Shown: in pieces, positions 52,001-64,000 of the stretch
Layout of the letters: every line of letters begins with the position of its first letter
How positions within the stretch are numbered: position 1 is the first letter of the stretch
Assembly (NCBI GenBank): GCA_051294375.1
Contig: CM119267.1
Span: 875,601-939,600, forward strand
Reading direction: 5' to 3'
From: Paraspadella gotoi
Lineage: Eukaryota > Animalia > Chaetognatha
DNA: 64,000 nt
Position numbers and translations under genes: made by a program
The notes under the pieces: generated by a model
The model's database searches: none
Told to the model about the DNA's origin: nothing
Seen by the model: only the letters and a program-made list of their open reading frames with translations

Positions 52001-55000
52001 CATTTCTATTGTTTCTGGACCACATACTGCAATCCTTCTCGATAGAACTTCTAGATATCTTTCAAGTGCTCGCCTTCTTAACTGGGCCCTTGGTTTGGCG
52101 ATCTTGGGCTTATGGAGGCTCTATCATTGGTGTAATCCTAGGTCCACCTTATAGTTCAGAACCCTTCTTTAACAGTCATCATGATGGTCTCACCCAAAGA
52201 CGTCGCGGAATTCCCATCTATTATTCCACAGACAAGATGGCGCTTTGTGCGCTTCAGACTCAGGATCCAGCGTGCTTTAAAGGGTTTCAAGAAGGCCTCT
52301 TTTCCCCGTTCATACACATGTTTTTTGTCGCCTTTTTTTGGCGGGTCTTACCTCTACTGCTTACAATTCTTCGCTCGGTGGGCTTGAGTGATGGACAAGG
52401 TTTTAGCTGGGGTTAATATGTCCCGCTACCTCATCTTCACTTAAGCTGGTACTTTCACGCGGACATATCAGGCCAGGACTGACTCCACACGTATGAAATC
52501 TGTTTGAGATCCTAGGTCGGTTTCATGGCCATCATCTTGTGATCAGAGGGCGTGCTAGTCCACTGGGCCTGGATTGGCACATCAATCTCCACACCCCTAT
52601 CTCTAAGATTGATGTACTGCCAGTCGTGCAATGTACTTTTTGGCTACTAGCCTGTTTTTGACTCTAATGTCCACCTTAGTTCCGGCAGCGTTTCCAAATG
52701 ATCTTGCTGGCAGCAGTGGACTTATGCCTTTTTCCATCGGAAATCCGCATCATCGTTCCGGGGCGTGCAGGGGGATAGGGTGATCCTGCCGTCATGTTTA
52801 CCAAAAACGCCGACACCTTCATAAGGACCATCTCAGCAAAGGATTGGAGCTTGGGCCATCCAGAGCTTGAACTGCTAAGTGAGATGACTGGCATCACATT
52901 GGTCATGTTGGACGAGGANNNNNNNNNNGAAACTGGCTGCAAATTTGAAAGGATATATGGTCCTCCAGAAGGTGACAGAAAAATCAAAATCTTTAGAACA
53001 ATCACGGGCCAAGTCAGCCTGTCAGCGATGACACAATCCAATCAACCTCTCCAGCCCCATCAACAATGACCAAATCAAATGTTGAAGTAGCAGACTCTAA
53101 GGCAGCCTGAACCACCAGTGGAAGGCCCAGTGAGACCCTTCAAGTTAATGCCATCATGTCACCACGCCTGCCCAGATGACCGTCAACATACAGATTGATA
53201 ATGAGGAACACAGCCCACCTCAGGCAACACCAATAACTGGATCAGCTGCTGTGGAGGCGGTTGAAACAAGTATGCCAGGCGCCGAGAGAGAAGTCATTGG
53301 TAGACAGCACCCTTGAGGCCCGACATCGATGGCCACAGAAAAGCTGAGGTTGAAGAAGGAGGTTGCTAAACCCCAAGAAAGAAAAGAGGAACTTGTCCCA
53401 ATCAGCCATCATGAAGTTAAAGGACATGGCCAACAAGAAGATGAATCCTTCAAACTTGTAGTTAATGCTCTCATTAAAGGCGATCAAGAAGGTGCAAAGA
53501 AAAAGCTTGATGAAAAAATGCAAAAANNNNNNNNNNNNNNNNNNNAATATCTTTCCAATTGCCTCGCGGATCTGGATGTCACCAGCAATGGAATCCTCAT
53601 CCTCAGGGGCTACAAAGCTGATGCTCCCACAAGCAAATTTGTCGTCCCACCAAACAGAGCTGAGGAAATCACCAAGCAGCTCCACANNNNNNNNNNNNNN
53701 NNNNNNNNNNNNNNNNNNNNNNNNNNNNNNNNNNNNNNNNNNNNNNCACCAGGATTGTCAGCAGCAGCAACAAAATGTTTAAGAAACTGTGAGAACTGTG
53801 CCAAGGCTACTGACGCCCAAAGGCACAATGAGACACCCTCAGCACCCAACCTGGCCATTGCACCCTGGGAATCCCTCAGCATTGATGTGATGCACCTCCC
53901 CCNNNNNNNNNNNNNNNNNNNNNNNNNNNNNNNNNNNNNNNNNNNNNNNNNNNNNNNNNNNNNNNNNNNNNNNNNNNNNNNNNNNNNNNNNNNNNNNNNN
54001 NNNNNNNNNNNNNNNNNNNNNNNNNNNNNNNNNNNNNNNNNNNNNNNNNNNNNNNNNNNNNNNNNNNNNNNNNNNNNNNNNNNNNNNNNNNNNNNNNNNN
54101 NNNNNNNNNNNNNNNNNNNNNNNNNNNNNNNNNNNNNNNNNNNNNNNNNNNNNNNNNNNNNNNNNNNNNNNNNNNNNNNNNNNNNNNAATGGCTAGAGCA
54201 GCTTCCGCACCTAATGCTTCTCCTCAACGCGACGCCCATAGTTGGATGGAAGACAGATATGTCGCCGCATGAAATACAGTTTGGTCACCGACCACGAATT
54301 GTAGAGAGCGCGGACGACTACACAAAAAGAAATCTCATTGACTTTATCCGACAAAGGGCTGATAAGCAGGAAAAAGCACAAGCCAAACTGGCAGAACAAA
54401 GACACAGGCTTTATCGCCAATCAGCACGGAGAAATCCCTACAGACGGCCACAAGACATCAAAATCGGGGACCTGGTACTCACGAGGCGAGACCTGATAAT
54501 GACAGGGTGCTGCGCCAACTGAAAACAAGGTTAAACGGATTTATTCTGGGGCCCATAAAGTTAGTGAGAAAAAGATGGAAATCACTCATACCGTCATGAT
54601 CGCCGGCAAAAGCATGAAATATCACAGACGCCGGCTAAAGCTGCACACAGGAAAAGTGGTGCCGTAACCAACTGATTAGAAATTAAAACTGTAAATATTT
54701 TGTACATAGCCTTATCAACATGTAGATAATCAAAATAGTTTTGTGAATAAAGCTTCATAATTTTGCCAGCCGTAAATTAAACAACGAAATTGAAATCAGA
54801 ACAAAAACTCAAAAATTAACCCTAAGAAAGAAATTCAGTAAAAAAAGAATAAATAATAACAACAACAAAAAAAAACAAATGACTCTTTTCTCAAGATGAC
54901 AACGGAAAACCGGTTCTTCTTCTTTCAAAAGTCGCTTATAAACAGTATTATAGGTCGAGATAAAGGAGACCAAAGAGATCCCCTCCTTTAAAAGTCAAAC

Positions 55001-56818
55001 AGAAGCAAACACTCCAGCTACCGACTGACCGCGTCGCCGTCGTCTGAGGAGGGGACGCATCACAGAGGAATGAAACCCGGAAACAGAGGAAAGGATTAAG
55101 GAAGAGGATTCCGGAAGAGGAAGAGAAGATTCTGGAACGATTTCGAACGGGATTTTGGGAAGCCATCCAGAAAGGAACAATACTTTCCGGAAGAGGAAAA
55201 GAAGGGAAGAGGAGGATTCCGGAAGAGGAATCTGGCTTCGTCCCACTGCCCATTATAAATAGCCTCTGTTTCTGCTTTGATTCACTCTGTCTGAAAATTG
55301 ACACCGTCTTCTCTTGTCTAATTTCTAATAAAATTCCACCTTGATTTCATATCGAAATCCCTGTCTTCTTACTTAAATGATATTATAACAATTGAGAGAC
55401 AACAACCGACCAGATTCTCGAGCGAGTTTCCACAAGGCAACAGAGGCGCGGTCTCCCCAAGTTCCGCCCCGACCGTCGCGGATCGGCGCCCTCTTTCCCG
55501 ACGCCCTACGAGTCGGCCTTTGAAAGAGGAACCCCAATGCGTGAAGAAGAGTCGACGCCGACGCCAACGCCTCTGCCGTCGAGTGGACGGGGTCCTCAGC
55601 GCCGACGCCGACCGAGAGGAAGACGCGAGGAAATGCGCGGCGAAGTCGGACGCCGAGGAGGAACATCCAGGCGGCAACGAGGATCTGGATGGGCAGTTAA
55701 AATTTAAATCAACTCCATAATTTCATTTCATTTTGTGATTTCCAATACATATTGCAGTATTGAAGTCTAGTTCTGATATTTAAAATTTTGTTATTCTTAA
55801 ATGTTTTAAATATCAGTATAAGTTTCAACTCGGTGATTTATTATAGATGAGTCATGTAATAGATATATAACTACTCGATAAAGAAACGCTATTTAAGATT
55901 AATGTATCAAACTCCCACACCAAAACTGACCAAGTCGCGATGACCGACTCGGTACGACGACTCCATCTTTAAAATGACGGAGCCGATCGCGAGGAAGACG
56001 CCGGAGAATACGAAGAGGAGGGAGCGAGACTCAGCGAGGGAAAGGACGAGAGAAAGGAGAGCGCGAAGTCGGGGAGGAAGGGAGGAGAAAAGTTGAGGGC
56101 CGGAACTCATCGTACGCAAGTGACGGAAACAGAGAGAGAGCGCCGATGACGCCGCGACGAGGCAAAGAACGAGAATGACGACGCCGAGAACGAAAAGCGT
56201 CAATCGGCGCCGCCATGGCGAAGGATTTCCGGCGCCGACGGAAAACGCCGAAGATCCTCGACGCCGACGCGACGTTCGGTTGGAAATGGCGTCGGCTGCG
56301 ATGTTATACATCAATTCGCGGTTCTGCCGATCCAACGTGGTCTCGGCGCGAGCCTGACAAGCGCCGCACAGCGCCAGGCTGACGTCGAGGCGTTTCCGGA
56401 ATCGATCAGCCTCCTCGTCGAAAGTCTCTTCGTTGAGAGGAGCGAAGGCGGCGAGTTGTTTGATCTTGAGGAGTTGATTCCGGTTGCAGTCGGCGCAGAA
56501 GCCGGACGGAGCGGCGGGAGCAGCGGCTTCTGCGGCGTCTGCTTCGACGACGTCGCGTCGGACTCCCTTGAGCGAATTGAGATTCTCGGCGAACTGAGCG
56601 GGGATGACTTTGTTGTAGTTTCCGTCGTCGCGGAATCCGTTGTATTGTTCGCATCGGGGACAATCCCAGCAGTTGCGATTCCCGAAAGGGACGATGGCGT
56701 CGCCACCGCAGAACCAACAGTTGACGCTGACGGGGAAGCGAGGGCGGAGCCAGACGCCCAGCGCCGCGGCGGCGCCGAGACCGCAGAGGCCAGCAGCAGC
56801 TGGAAACAGTTTCTCCAT
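36714..56818 (-). CDS. TMEM201: Inner nuclear membrane protein TMEM201 (Samp1/Ima1), 5 exons with a ~17 kb TE-filled intron
   Basis: Exon 1 (56818-~55931) has VNCWFC..NCWDCPRCEQYNGF..G.YNK.IPAQ and CADCNRNQLLKIKQLAAF. Exon 2 (~55684-55411) ends in phase 1, which matches the acceptor at 38231. Downstream exons give IISPAR|F and a C-terminal TM helix (VFVVVSVVCNVFLAFYL*). Confidence 0.85.
38371..38679 (+). repeat. LTR copy 1 (5'-truncated)
   Basis: Shares ggattccggaagagg repeats, tataaata, aataaa and ...ccctgtcttcttac with the copies at ~45840 and ~55011. Confidence 0.85.
45840..46239 (+). repeat. LTR copy 2
   Basis: Same sequence family as 38371 and 55011, located downstream of the integrase. 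Confidence 0.85.
50211..55373. mobile_element. Second, gapped copy of the same Gypsy family; 50211-~52790 is inverted (minus), 52794-55373 is plus with terminal LTR
   Basis: Minus-strand RT FLIYVDDLILTAKSPG (51317-51580). Plus-strand integrase 53329-54522 (KQLH..CLRNCENC, PWESLSIDVMHLP, MSPHEIQFGHRPR, IKIGDLVL). LTR at ~55011-55373. Confidence 0.85.
55011..55373 (+). repeat. LTR copy 3
   Basis: Nearly the same as LTR copy 1 over catcacagaggaatgaaacccgg...ccctgtcttcttac. Confidence 0.85.
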
Positions 56819-57194
56819 CGTCGCTCGACGGAAGCGGGAAAAAAATTAAGGAAAAAAAAAAAACCCTAAAAAATGATTCGGGGAAGAAAAAATACGAAAC
56901 TCGAAAACATTGGAAGCTTTTACTTGAACTTAAATTATTAATACATTTTATTTGAAAAATAATCGGGAGAGAAAATGGGGAAATAACTAAAGACGAAAGA
57001 AAAAAGTAGATGAAGTTTGTCAGTCGATGACACTGGATGACAATGTGTCAGTTAACGAACAAATCGTGGCCACCCGTTGTCCAACGAGACAAGATAAATC
57101 CCCACTCCTCCAAGAGACAACAGTCTTTTCACTCCTGGAATCATCAACACCCCGTCGCCTTCACACTTCCAACATCTGCATCTCCCCGGCGCCT

Positions 57195-57816
<622 letters not shown>

Positions 57817-58275
57817 TTTCTATTTTTCCTTACGTCTCTTTTTAAAATATAATTATCTACTGAAAATAAAGTCATAAAATACGATAAAAGATAAAAGACG
57901 AGCGTTATTAAAATGTATATAGTAAACCAAAATCTCACCAAAGACGGGCCTAGTCCCGTCTGGCGAGATAAAAAGAGTAAAGAGTAAATGCTTTATGAAG
58001 TAATAAAAAAATAATAAGCGCAGAAATTTCATAATTTTCACAGCCATAAGAAGATAAAAGAAAAGTTTCTCTTGAGCGTCATTTACATTCACATTCACCA
58101 CGACTTAAAGCATAAAAAAATTGGTTGGTATAAAAAAATGAGAGAATATATTCGATTCTTGATTGAGAAATCGGTTGCCGCCAAAAAAAATCCAAGGGCA
58201 GAGATAAGTTGAGGATGTTGATCGATGCCAAAAACTTCTTGAGAAGTTGATTGTCGAGATTCGAGATTCGGTCTA

Positions 58276-61200
58276 CTAATCTCCAATGAATTCGAGGGCC
58301 TTGTCGATGTACATCGAATAACCACAAATTATATGGAATTCGAAAAGAAGGGCTTTGTCCACTGAGAAGTTATGAATAAAATTGATTCGAAAGAGGTTAC
58401 TACAATTAAAGATATTAAATTGATGTCGAGAGTTCCAGCGCTTCTTCAAAAATGAGAGTGGAAAGGCCCATGAGCCAATTGTCCATTTTTCAATTCACTT
58501 ACCACTGTCGAAGTCTTCAAAGAGAACGAAAGCGAATCCTTTGCTCTCACCATTTTCATCTCGAGGTATTTCACATTTCTTGATGCATCCAAATTGAGAG
58601 AAGTAGCGCACGAGGTCTTCCTGTCACCACCAGTGTTAAGAAATGTTCATGATGCTCACTCATTTCTAAAATCTATTACATACTTTCTTCGTGGGTGAAA
58701 ACGATTCGAGGAAATGTTTTGAACAAAATAAAAATATTAAAATTTCGGTTAATTAACTAGAGTGGGGAAAAGCTTTGATTAGAAGCTCGCAAAGTTAGGT
58801 TATGAGGCAAATTAAGCACCTATCCGAAATCATAATATAAAATAATATTCTTTGTATTCAATGATTGAAAATTTTATACAAAAAACTAACAAATATTCAC
58901 CTGAATAATTTTCTGTTTTCTCATTCCACCCACTAAAATCCTTCGCGTGATCCAACTTCGCCAAATTCCCCTTGGTGCATCGGACCGAACGAATCGTCTC
59001 ACTTTAGCGCTTGAATAGTCGAGAACGTGAGGCCTAAAAAAAAAACGGACTCGTGATTATAATAAGTATAATAGGGTAGTGTGCGGGGTAATTCTCAACA
59101 CTTATGGAAGTAATCAATATTTTCGAATAGTAAATATATTTCGAAATTTTTTTTTTTTCTGGTAATATACCTAGGAAAGTGTTCCCGCTACTGGGGGATG
59201 CAGTCGTAATTCTCTTTTTTTTAAATTGAAAAGTGTTCCGGTTTACCCCAATCTGAGGTAAATCGGAAAACATGATATATAAATATAATTTTTGATAATA
59301 TTTCAGCTCTATCAGAATCTATTAAAAAAAATTCAAAAATTCAAAAAAAATTATAAACTTTATATAGTAATAAAATAATCTTTAACTGCTTCCGTGCGCT
59401 TATCAATAAGCTAAATTTTTAAAAATTATTTTCATTTTCATATTCTCTAACAGTCACTTTACCATTATTTATTTGAGTGAACTTATAGTTTTCAACCTGT
59501 TCCGGCCTAATAACTATAGATGTAAAAAATAATTGAATTATTTTTTTTTTAAAATACAATAACTAGTCTCCTCAATCATATAACCTTAAACCACCAAAGC
59601 CTGTCCAAAGTCAGGGGCAAGATAGCTTATTTATTAAATGAATGGATAATTATTATATTGGTTGTACCAATTTAATATCTTTCTGTCAGTGTTCCGAATT
59701 ACCCCTGTTCCGAATTACTCAAGTATCAATCAATATTGCTAATTGTTTCCAACTCTCTAATCGATCATTATCATCAATTGCTTTACTAATGACAATAGTG
59801 TCTTTGGATGGCAAGAATTAAGTATACTAAATTCATGTTGACTAAACGCCGACCGCCAAAAACGACTATGTACAGAAGGCTTCATATTATAAAATGTAGT
59901 ACCCCTTTTTTGTGACCAGAATCTGTTCCCACCAAACTACCCAATCGAATTTAATGAAATTTTACATTTAGAGTGCTAATGACTATATAAATGGAACTAT
60001 CGAGGCGAATTTTGATATTCAACCCCTGACAAGAGATACAGGGCCCTGGGGGGCCAAAAAATGCTAGAAATTTTTTGTTTATTTTTCAAATTTTTTTAGT
60101 AGCATCAGGTGCATTGACATTTTTAACATAAGAAAAAAACATTTTGGCACTAAAATTGATAAATTTGCAATAATTAAGCATGGTTGAAGATGCATGGTTC
60201 GTTTTACTTCCAATTTTCCCAAATTATTCCAAATCTGACTTTAACTGCTGATGTTCATTAAGCTAAAAATTAAGGTAAATGAATATTTTTGAGGTAATAA
60301 ATACGTTTTTGTGGAAGAGTAAACGTCTGTGCAACTGTTTAAAACAAAAATAATAAAATTTGAAAAAAATTTTTGACCATTTGTGGCCCTCACGGGCTGC
60401 CCACTCAGGGCCCCTTATCTCAGCTTAGGGGTGGAATGTAAAAATTCGACTCGATAGTTCCATTTGTATCACTACTGGTACTCCGCATGCAAAATTTCAT
60501 TAAATTCTATTCAGTAGTTTTCTCGGAACGTGTTCTGGTCACAAAAAATGGGTACCACATTTTATAATATGAAGCCTTCTTTATAAAATCAAATTTTATT
60601 TTCCATAAAATTAAAAGTATTTTTTATACTTGACCCAGTGAATCAAGAATAATCCAAACTTCCAAAAATTACCAAAAGAGTGAGATCTGTAAATCGGGTC
60701 TTATTTAGCAGCTTCAGTTTTTAAATTTGGTTCTTTTTCCAGGTAGTTAAATTTTAAAGTTAAGTTCTAACTAGATGTACATCTAAGTAAGCTAGACTAA
60801 AAAGTCGTCTTCAAATATTAAAATAAGGGCTACTGAACCAATTAAAAATCTATTACTAGATACTAGCTGTCAGATTACAAAAAAAGTCGTCTTCAAATAA
60901 TAAAATAGGGCTACTGAACCAATTAAAAATCTATTACTAGATACTAGCTGTCAGATTAGAAAAGAAGCAAGAGAAATCGATCAGGATGTCGAATGAACGA
61001 TCAGTTTCTCTTTCTGACCAACGAGATTTTCTCTCCTAAGAAAAAGAAAAAGGAAAGATTGATTAGTCAAAGATAAAACTGAGAAAAAGGAACAGTTTTG
61101 TTTCAAAAGAATTTGAAGCCCCATTTCCGCCTAAATTCAGAATTTTTAATTCNNNNNNNNNNCGATATCAGAATTAAACAAGTTTTTGAGTTTAAAGATT

Positions 61201-61660
61201 AGGTCATGGGTTAGGGATAATGGTTAGATTAATGATTAGGGTAAAAGATTAGGATAAAAGATTTGGTTTTAAGTATTTACAAAAACATTAAGGTTAAATT
61301 TTTAATTAAAATTAAGTTCCAGGATGAGGCACAGAAATGGGGCATTCTCGGAAAATAATGCGTAATTTTCATTTGATAATAAACTGACCTGAAAATGAAG
61401 AGATGTCTGACGTCTTCGATCTTGAGAATTGAAGCGAGGATGAATGAAGTACCTGTGGTTGATCGCGTTGTCGGCCATGGCCGACGTGGCGTAGACGACA
61501 GAACCGTAGCGGAGTGAACGACCCGACGGATGCGTCCTCATGATGTTGGCCGACACGACTTGACCGAAACCGGAGAAGTAATTGAAGAGGAAAGTCTCGT
61601 TCACGCGACGGGTCAATGACCCCACGAACAATTTTCGAAATTTCACGCTTTCGGGATCCG
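58276..61660 (-). CDS. Divergent hnRNP A/B-like two-RRM protein, 5' end not identified
   Basis: Exons at ~61660-61453 (FRKLFVGSL..YFSGFGQVV..SGRSLRYGSVVY), ~59033-58901 (RPHVLD..RRILVGGM), ~58620-58503 (EDLVRYFSQFG..SKGFAFVLFEDFDS) and ~58361-58276 (VDKALL..H.ICG..IDKALEFIGD*). Collinear with the hnRNP A1 UP1 region. Confidence 0.75.
59873..60581. mobile_element. Second copy of the TA-flanked MITE (same TIRs as 30598-31282), intronic
   Basis: ta|cagaaggcttcatattataaaatgtagtacccc... and ...ggtaccacattttataatatgaagccttct; the interior is homologous to 30598-31282. Confidence 0.85.
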
Positions 61661-63261
61661 CTATGGGGGGGAAATAGGGGGAAGAGGGGGGGGCGTGAAC
61701 AATTACATTAAATTATAGTTAAGGTTTTTTGTATTAAAATTGAAGATAAAAAAATCTTAAAAGCATAAGTAGGGCCAAACTTTGTCAATGGGGTGGGTCG
61801 GAAGTTTCATTTGGGAACCTTCCCAAATGAAACTTCATACATTTTTGAGAAAACTTTCAATGGACCAAAATTTTTTAAAATGGCTAGAGGCACTAGTAAT
61901 GATTTTTTTAATATTTATTTATAGATAGGAAATGTCAAATTTTTTTAAAAAAATTTTATTTTTAAAATCAGATTCAGATAGCTTATAAAAAGTTGTTTAC
62001 ACAAAGTATAATTCTTTTTTCAATATTTTGATGATAAGTGGGTCAAAATTGGGAAAAACCTAAAAAAATCATCCTCATCCGATAATTTTAATAGTTTTTA
62101 ATAATTTTTAGTAATAAAATATCAAAATTTTAAAAAGTTGTAATTACATTTTTTGTTTAACTTTTTTAGCTGTATCAGAATCAATTAAAAAAACTTAAAA
62201 TATCTAAAAATATTTTTAACATTATATAGCAATATAATAATTTTAATTAACGAATAACTCATGGTTGGGAACATTTTTTCAAAAAAAAATTTAACACAAT
62301 AACTAATACCAATAATGGATTCGTTTAATGCTGTTCCCATTAAAATTTAAATTTAGTCGGCTACCGCTAGCATAAGGATCGTCGCAATCGCATAAGAAAA
62401 ATCAAATTTTGATACTAAAAAAAATAAAATTCTATTTTGCGATTGTCAATTAAAAAAAATAATAAAGTACCGAGGAAAATTAAAGTAAAAAACTTTCATT
62501 GTCAAAAAATAAACTGATCAGCAGACGCAGCCCCTGAGAAAAAAAAACGAAATAAAAACCCGATGTTGCGATAGCAAAACGATAACATGCACGAATGCGA
62601 TGCCTAATTTTACAAGTTCAATCCTAATTCAATTTTTTTTAATAAAAACGTAGAGAGAGAGAGAGAAAAAAGAAAGAAATCAAAAGGCAGCAGCAGAAGC
62701 AGCAGGAGAAAAGAGAGAAAAAGAATAAGCCCTTGCAGAGCCAGCTGCAGACTCGTCTTTTTTATTTCCCTATGAATCAGTGACTAGGGAAAAGAGAGAG
62801 GGAGAGAGACATATAATTAAAAGAGAAAAGAGAGAGAGAGAAAGAAATATAAAAATAAAAGAGAAAATTTGTTTGTTTTGATAAAATGTAAACAAAACAT
62901 TTAATAACTGTCCTCACTCAATTTTAAGGACATCGATGAGAAGCTGTATATAAATTTTCAGCTTCATACACCCAAATTTAATTATAATAAAGGCGATCTA
63001 TAATTTGGGACGCCGCCAACAACGACGCCACTTATGTGCAAAACCACAGCAATATCGTCGAAAACGCAAAGCTTTGCGTTTGCGACGATAAAAATATTAT
63101 TCATGAATGCATGGTGCGGAAGGACATTTGGCCTTAGCTAATCAACGCATACTGTATTTGATTTTTAATTTGATTCACTGAAAATTGAGAAAATTTATTA
63201 ATACAGTCAAGCGGAAAAAAAGGCGCCTATTTATTCCAGCTTTTAAAAATTACCTTGTATG

Positions 63262-63588
63262 TTATTCCGTGTTAGAGAGAACGAATTAAATATTTTTCAC
63301 ATTTAGTTTTGCTCTGAAGTACTTCATTTTGAAAAATCACTGCTCCCAATCGGATAGCTCGCTTTCTAAAAAGATTTTACCCAACTTTATCTTTAACTAA
63401 ACTGTTAAAATCAAAGTAAAACAGTTTTAAAAGAAAATAACAGTTTATTAAAAGATATAAAAAATTGTTAAATTTTTTTAGAAATTGGGCTATCCGATTG
63501 GGAGCAATGATTTTTCAAAATGATACTACTTCAGAGAAAAACTAAATGTGAATAATATTTAATTCGTTCTCTCTAACACAAAATAAAA
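63262..63588. mobile_element. Short foldback/MITE-like element with ~95-bp inverted repeats
   Basis: gtgttagagagaacgaattaaata..ctcccaatcggatagc (63269-63360) is mirrored by gctatccgattgggag..tatttaattcgttctctctaacac (63489-63579). Confidence 0.75.
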
Positions 63589-64000
63589 ACATTCACTCTA
63601 ACAATGGTAATGAGAATAGTAATCTGGTAGTGAATAAACGAGACCGTGAGAGAGTCTTGATTGAAAGCTTGCAGGGACCTGCTATATCATTATTTTGTAA
63701 AAGTGATGGAGGCCTTAAACCACCAAAGCCTGTACAAAGTCAGGGGCAAGATAGCTTATTTATTAAAGGAATGGATAACTTTTATATTGGTTGTAGTACC
63801 AATTTCATATCGGAGATCTCCCGAGTCTCCGATCCGATTTGCTTTTGGTGGCTTGATACTCCTCGATTGATATAATAAATAATAAAACCATCGTAAATTG
63901 CCAGAGAAATTTAGAATATATACTAAGTTCAACAAAAAGAAAATTTCAAAGCACAAGGGGTAAAAGCATCTCACATCAGAAAAAATTATTCTGAATATTA

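Overview
Eukaryotic (invertebrate-animal-like) genomic DNA: GC-rich exons, AT-rich GT-AG introns, many (GA)n microsatellites and several N gaps. All nine host genes I can read lie on the minus strand. In order they are LIPT1 (partial), DHX8/PRP22, two tandem paralogous novel genes (A and B), an intronless multi-zinc-finger gene, GUSB, TMEM201 (split by a ~17 kb intron holding Ty3/Gypsy LTR retrotransposon sequence), RPL12 and a divergent hnRNP-A-like two-RRM gene. The standout is at 9.7-26.4 kb. Genes A and B each have one constant 5' coding exon (MADS-like helix/beta-hairpin, acidic linker, ending ...AFQK|gt, phase 0) followed by an array of 8 (A) or 7 (B) homologous terminal exons. Each terminal exon starts at its own ag| phase-0 acceptor, encodes a variant of the same ~90-aa domain (ECRLLxSVFYDFGKEL..CPFP..FPNL..R..ARNGF) and ends in its own stop. 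This is a mod(mdg4)/lola-like isoform-diversification architecture built from a domain family I do not recognise. Splice models were read by eye and have no transcript support.
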